DNA of 27,115 nt, taken from IMG/VR virus record IMGVR_UViG_3300001354_000030, positions 1-27,115 of that record; one strand, given 5' to 3'. The DNA is from a virus (taxonomy: Duplodnaviria > Caudoviricetes). Below the pieces are notes generated by a model that worked only from the letters and a program-made list of their open reading frames with translations, was not told the origin of the DNA and did no database searches. The first letter of the stretch is position 1, and every line of letters begins with the position of its first letter. Below are positions 23,246 to 27,115 of the stretch, piece by piece. The translations under genes and the position numbers were made by a program.

Positions 23246-24297
23246 TTTATATTGTAGATATCGAAGCAGTTGACACACGTTATACTAAACAATGGAAGGA
23301 ACATCTTCCAAGACAACTGCGACGGTCTACAAATCAAGATGTCATTGTTATTAGTGGCGGCGAAGTGCCACAGGCTACTACACCTGGGGCATTTCTTAAC
23401 TTTGCAGGGACTAACAATTATAAATCTCAACAAATGTTAGAAATAAGCAGGATGTTTGCAAATGGAGAAATTAAGAACGGCGATTATTTTATCTACACCG
23501 ATGCCTGGAATCCTACAGTGGTTCAATTACGCTACATGGCAGAGTTACTTGGTGTTGACATTACTATTGGCGGTATGTGGCATGCAGGTAGTTATGATCC
23601 GCAAGATTTTTTAGGTAGGCTTATAGGTAATAAACCTTGGGTTAGACATGCTGAAATGGCAATGTTTGAATGTTATGACGATAACTTCTTTGCAAGTGAC
23701 TTCCACATTGATATGTTTACAGATGCATTTGACGAAGACTATGCACTTGAATGGACCGGAATACATCGTGTAGGCTGGCCTATGGAGTATCTAAAAGATA
23801 GTTTGTATTCATATAAGCAAATGGATAAAAAAGATCTTATACTTTTTCCGCACCGTGTTGCACCTGAAAAGCAAGTTGATATCTTTAGAGATCTTAAAGA
23901 ACGACTACCACAGTATGAATTTGTAGTATGTCAAGAACAGCAACTTACAAAGAACGAATATCATAACTTACTAGGTGAAGCTAAACTAGTGTTTAGTGCT
24001 AACCTACAAGAAACACTTGGCATTAGTTGGTACGAAGGTGCATTAGTAGATGCTATTCCTATGGTGCCTGACAGACTGAGTTATAGTGAAATGGCATTGC
24101 CTGAGTTTAAATATCCAAGTGAATGGACTGAGAACTTTGATGCTTACTTACACAACAGAGACAAAGTAGTAGCACAAATTGTAAACTATATGGAAAACTA
24201 TGATGATCTACTACCAAGTATTAACAAGCAAGTTAATAAACTTAACAAAGAGTTTTTTAGTGGCAAGGAACTTTATGAGGAGATATCCAATGGGTGA
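23242..24297 (+). CDS. GT-B fold glycosyltransferase (GT4-like)
   Basis: LILFPHRVAPEKQ, SANLQETLGISWYEG (E-x7-E), PMVPDRLSYSEM. Confidence 0.85.
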   Translation: MIYIVDIEAVDTRYTKQWKEHLPRQLRRSTNQDVIVISGGEVPQATTPGAFLNFAGTNNYKSQQMLEISRMFANGEIKNGDYFIYTDAWNPTVVQLRYMAELLGVDITIGGMWHAGSYDPQDFLGRLIGNKPWVRHAEMAMFECYDDNFFASDFHIDMFTDAFDEDYALEWTGIHRVGWPMEYLKDSLYSYKQMDKKDLILFPHRVAPEKQVDIFRDLKERLPQYEFVVCQEQQLTKNEYHNLLGEAKLVFSANLQETLGISWYEGALVDAIPMVPDRLSYSEMALPEFKYPSEWTENFDAYLHNRDKVVAQIVNYMENYDDLLPSINKQVNKLNKEFFSGKELYEEISNG

Positions 24298-24586
24298 CGA
24301 ACATCAACTAAGTCTTGATCTAGCAGAAACTATAACTATAGACACATCCTATACTAATGATACAGGTAGTGAATATACTTTTAATTTAAGTGATACAGTC
24401 GCAACAATAGATGCTACAGATTTAAGTTGGGACTTTGGAAATAAAATAGATCCTGACAGAGTAGTAAAAATGTGTGAAGAATATCCTGCACTTAAAAAAG
24501 CATGGGATAACTTTTATTCTATTTACAGAATGGTAGATCAAGATTATAAAGGCAATTATGAGGCAGAAGATGACACTCTTTTCTAA
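24290..24586 (+). CDS. Hypothetical acidic protein (98 aa)
   Basis: GAGGAG before ATG 24290; C-terminal MCEEYPALKKAWDNFYSIYRMV helix. Confidence 0.7.
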   Translation: MGDEHQLSLDLAETITIDTSYTNDTGSEYTFNLSDTVATIDATDLSWDFGNKIDPDRVVKMCEEYPALKKAWDNFYSIYRMVDQDYKGNYEAEDDTLF

Positions 24587-25082
24587 GATTATGGACATGC
24601 TCGGAAGACGTCGAGTAATTACAGATAGAACAGGTAAGATTCCGTATCTTATCCGTTACTATGTATTTTTAAAAGACCGTAAATGGTTTCCGTTTAACAT
24701 TACATTACATAAAGTTTTAGTAAGTGATGAACCTACACTACACGATCATCCATGGAATTGGGGAGCGTTTATTATTAAAGGCGGTTATTGGGAACATATT
24801 CCTGTGATTAGTAGAGAAGGTGCTGTCGTTGGTGCTACTAGAGAATGGCGTGGTCCGGGAAGTTTACGTTTTAGAAAAGCAGATGATCTACATTGGTTAG
24901 AACTTGCTAAAGACGAAGATGGTAATGAAATACCATGTACAAGTTTATTTTTAATGGGCCGTAAACAAAAAGAATGGGGATTTGTACGTTTCGTACATGC
25001 TACTACAACTAATTGGAAGGATGCAGGATATCGCTGGGTCCATAATGAAACTTATTTAAACGAGAAATATAAAAATGATTAA
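24570..25082 (+). CDS. Cupin-fold metalloprotein
   Basis: LHDHPW...GGYWEH...DDLHWLEL (H-x-H...E...H), SLFLMG...EWGF. Start 24558 or 24570. Confidence 0.7.
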   Translation: MTLFSKIMDMLGRRRVITDRTGKIPYLIRYYVFLKDRKWFPFNITLHKVLVSDEPTLHDHPWNWGAFIIKGGYWEHIPVISREGAVVGATREWRGPGSLRFRKADDLHWLELAKDEDGNEIPCTSLFLMGRKQKEWGFVRFVHATTTNWKDAGYRWVHNETYLNEKYKND

Positions 25083-25632
25083 GAAACATTACTATAACTG
25101 GACTGATGTAGAACGTATGTGTGTCAGTATCGTAAATCAAATGTACGCAGACAACTGGCGTCCTGATTACATTATAGGAATTACCCGTGGTGGTAATGTT
25201 CCTGCTACTATTATTAGTAATATGACAAGTATTCGTTGCGAAGCACTTAAAGTAAGCCTACGTGATGATAATAGTGATAGTGAAAGTAACTGTTGGATGG
25301 CAGAAGATGCATTTGGATATGTAGATGAAGCAGAAAGAACTACAACTAAAAGTCGTTGGGATATAGGCAAACGTAAAAATATACTTATTGTAGATGATAT
25401 CAATGACACTGGTGCTACATTTAATTGGATTAGGCAAGACTGGCAAGCAAGTTGTTTACCTGATGAAGAATCATGGAAAACAGTTTGGGGTAATAATGTT
25501 AGATTTGCGGCACTTACTGAAAATTTAGCTAGTGACTTTGATAAAGTAAGTTACACCTGTCACGAAGTAAACAAATCAGAAAAAGATGTATGGTTAGTTT
25601 ATCCCTGGGAGAATGTTGCTGATTATGAATAA
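25075..25632 (+). CDS. Type I phosphoribosyltransferase (xanthine/guanine PRT-like)
   Basis: DYIIGITRGG, PRPP-binding ILIVDDINDTGAT, C-terminal WLVYPWE. Confidence 0.9.
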   Translation: MIKKHYYNWTDVERMCVSIVNQMYADNWRPDYIIGITRGGNVPATIISNMTSIRCEALKVSLRDDNSDSESNCWMAEDAFGYVDEAERTTTKSRWDIGKRKNILIVDDINDTGATFNWIRQDWQASCLPDEESWKTVWGNNVRFAALTENLASDFDKVSYTCHEVNKSEKDVWLVYPWENVADYE

Positions 25633-25963
25633 ACCGTGGACTGACGTACTAATAGATACTAAAGATTTTACAGTCTACAAAGACGGATTTCCTGTTACAG
25701 AAGGACATATTCTTTTTGTCCCAAAAGAACAAAGTTGGCAGGATTTAAGTAAATGTTTCGAAGCCGCATATAAATGGGGCTACGATTGGGTTGACCGTGG
25801 ATATTGTGATGCGTTCAACATAGGACAGAATGTAGGTGAGGCCGCAGGACAAACTGTTGCTTATCCACACATCCATCTCATTCCAAGAAGAACGGGTGAT
25901 ATGGAAGACCCCAGTGGCGGTGTACGTCACGTAATACCAGAGAAAGGAAACTACAATGACTAA
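25625..25963 (+). CDS. HIT family nucleotide hydrolase
   Basis: DGFPVTEGHILFVPK, FNIGQNVGEAAGQTV, HIHLIPR (third triad His replaced by Ile). Confidence 0.9.
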   Translation: MNKPWTDVLIDTKDFTVYKDGFPVTEGHILFVPKEQSWQDLSKCFEAAYKWGYDWVDRGYCDAFNIGQNVGEAAGQTVAYPHIHLIPRRTGDMEDPSGGVRHVIPEKGNYND

Positions 25964-26168
25964 GGCAGGAGATCTAATATTAGAGGCCGCATTAAAACAA
26001 GCACAAGGTGAAGTTGCAGTTCATTTAGCAAACATCGAAGTGTATAAAACTATGCCCGCAGGTATAGGTGAACATTCAGATGTTACTGAAGCAGTAATCG
26101 AAGAGCTTAATAAACTTGCGGAAGCAGACGATCGCATCGAAATGTTACAAAAATATTTTAATGGTTGA
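25956..26168 (+). CDS. Small hypothetical protein (70 aa)
   Basis: AAAGGA upstream; helical hairpin with PAGIGEHSD turn. Confidence 0.75.
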   Translation: MTKAGDLILEAALKQAQGEVAVHLANIEVYKTMPAGIGEHSDVTEAVIEELNKLAEADDRIEMLQKYFNG

Positions 26169-26193
26169 CAAAAACCTAAATACAATGTATAAT
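26165..26193 (+). promoter_or_regulatory. Consensus sigma70-type promoter for folE-queE, with TAAATA in the spacer
   Basis: TTGACA(26165-26170)-17 nt-TATAAT(26188-26193); TAAATA at 26177-26182. Confidence 0.85.
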
Positions 26194-26258
26194 GTAATTT
26201 ATATTGTGCATTGTATTATTACTAAAGGCAATCCACTGCCTAAACATCGGAGACATAA

Positions 26259-26948
26259 ATGAGTAAAAGTGAACAAATTAAAGCAAAGCTAGAAGAAGCT
26301 GGCGTAAGATATTGGGCAAATGATAACATTGCCGAATATATCGAAGAAGGTGACAAGCAACAACTAATTGATGAAGCAGTACCTGCTTTTGAAAATGTAT
26401 TACAAAAATTATTAATTGATACTAAAACAGATCCTAACAGTATGGATACTGCAAGACGTATGGCTAAGATGTACATCAATGAGATTATGGCAGGACGTTA
26501 TGATCCAATGCCTAACCCAAGTGCTTTCCCTAACTACATTGAAGGTGGTTATGAAGGTATGCTAGTTGTACGTAGTGAACTTACAAGTTTGTGTTCACAT
26601 CATCACCAGACAGTAAAAGGTGTAGCGTACATTGGTATCATTGCAGGACCTAAACTACTAGGACTTAGCAAGTACACACGTATCGCACAATGGTGTGCTA
26701 CAAGAGGTACACTACAAGAAGAACTGAATGTTATGATTGCAAATGCAATACAAGAACAAACAGGTAGTGAACACGTAGGTGTTTATGTTCAAGCAACACA
26801 TGGCTGTTGTGAAAACAGAGGCATTAAAGCTCATAGTAGTTTAACACAAACTACAGTACTACGTGGTGCATTTAAAGAAGACCCTGCAACTAAGAAAGAG
26901 TTTATTGACAACGTTAAGTTACAACAACAATTTGCGGCAGGCTCGTAA
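26259..26948 (+). CDS. folE: GTP cyclohydrolase I
   Basis: DTARRMAKMY, SLCSHH, GLSKYTR, LQEEL, ATHGCCENRG, T-T-VLRGAF. Confidence 0.96.
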   Translation: MSKSEQIKAKLEEAGVRYWANDNIAEYIEEGDKQQLIDEAVPAFENVLQKLLIDTKTDPNSMDTARRMAKMYINEIMAGRYDPMPNPSAFPNYIEGGYEGMLVVRSELTSLCSHHHQTVKGVAYIGIIAGPKLLGLSKYTRIAQWCATRGTLQEELNVMIANAIQEQTGSEHVGVYVQATHGCCENRGIKAHSSLTQTTVLRGAFKEDPATKKEFIDNVKLQQQFAAGS

Positions 26949-27115
26949 TGATAGAAGCACCAGTATATGAAAAAGGGTATCCGTCACATGAAGCAGTTAA
27001 CAGAAAGCCGTCTATGAAACTAAGATATTCAGAAGCATTTTATAGTGTACAAGGCGAAGGCAAGTTTGTAGGAGTACCTAGTGTGTTCCTACGTACATTT
27101 GGTTGTAACTTTCGT
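26948..27115 (+). CDS. queE: 7-carboxy-7-deazaguanine synthase (radical SAM), 3'-truncated by window edge
   Basis: Not in the ORF track; translates MIEAPVYEKGYPSHEAVNRKPSMKLRYSEAFYSVQGEGKFVGVPSVFLRTFGCNFR, with the QueE-type SxQGEG...FLR..GCN motif; TAATG-coupled to folE. Confidence 0.9.
   Translation, partial: MIEAPVYEKGYPSHEAVNRKPSMKLRYSEAFYSVQGEGKFVGVPSVFLRTFGCNFR

Noticed and set aside
1-27115. Alternative genetic code or stop-codon readthrough
   Set aside because: Known enzymes are full length under the standard code and genes tile the window with TAA, TAG and TGA all used as stops.

Overview
A gene-dense, AT-rich, entirely plus-strand segment of a large tailed dsDNA phage with T4-like features (family B polymerase, clamp-like protein, DsbA/GapR-like protein, TAA(A/G)TA late-type motifs). 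The spanin pair points to a Gram-negative host. In order: (1) a lysis block (GH19 endolysin with peptidoglycan-binding domain, i-/o-spanins, holin-like proteins); (2) a proteostasis block (DnaJ/CbpA-like, peptide deformylase, ClpA); (3) about 6 kb of modular proteins whose N-termini resemble T4 capsid-targeting sequences and whose domains are joined by hydrophobic-x-Glu linkers, probably protease-matured head cargo; (4) a replication block in which a sugar-activation cassette (HAD phosphomannomutase-like, cytidylyltransferase, NDP-sugar epimerase) lies between polymerase and clamp; (5) a 7-deazaguanine base-modification cluster (TGT/DpdA-like transglycosylase, LxxxHRHxF T-fold protein, GT-B glycosyltransferase, cupin, PRTase, HIT, FolE, start of QueE). 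The best candidate for a new system is a glycosylated 7-deazaguanine DNA hypermodification pathway. All family calls come from motifs read by eye and recalled family knowledge; no database search was run. No tRNA, rRNA, CRISPR array or mobile element was recognised.
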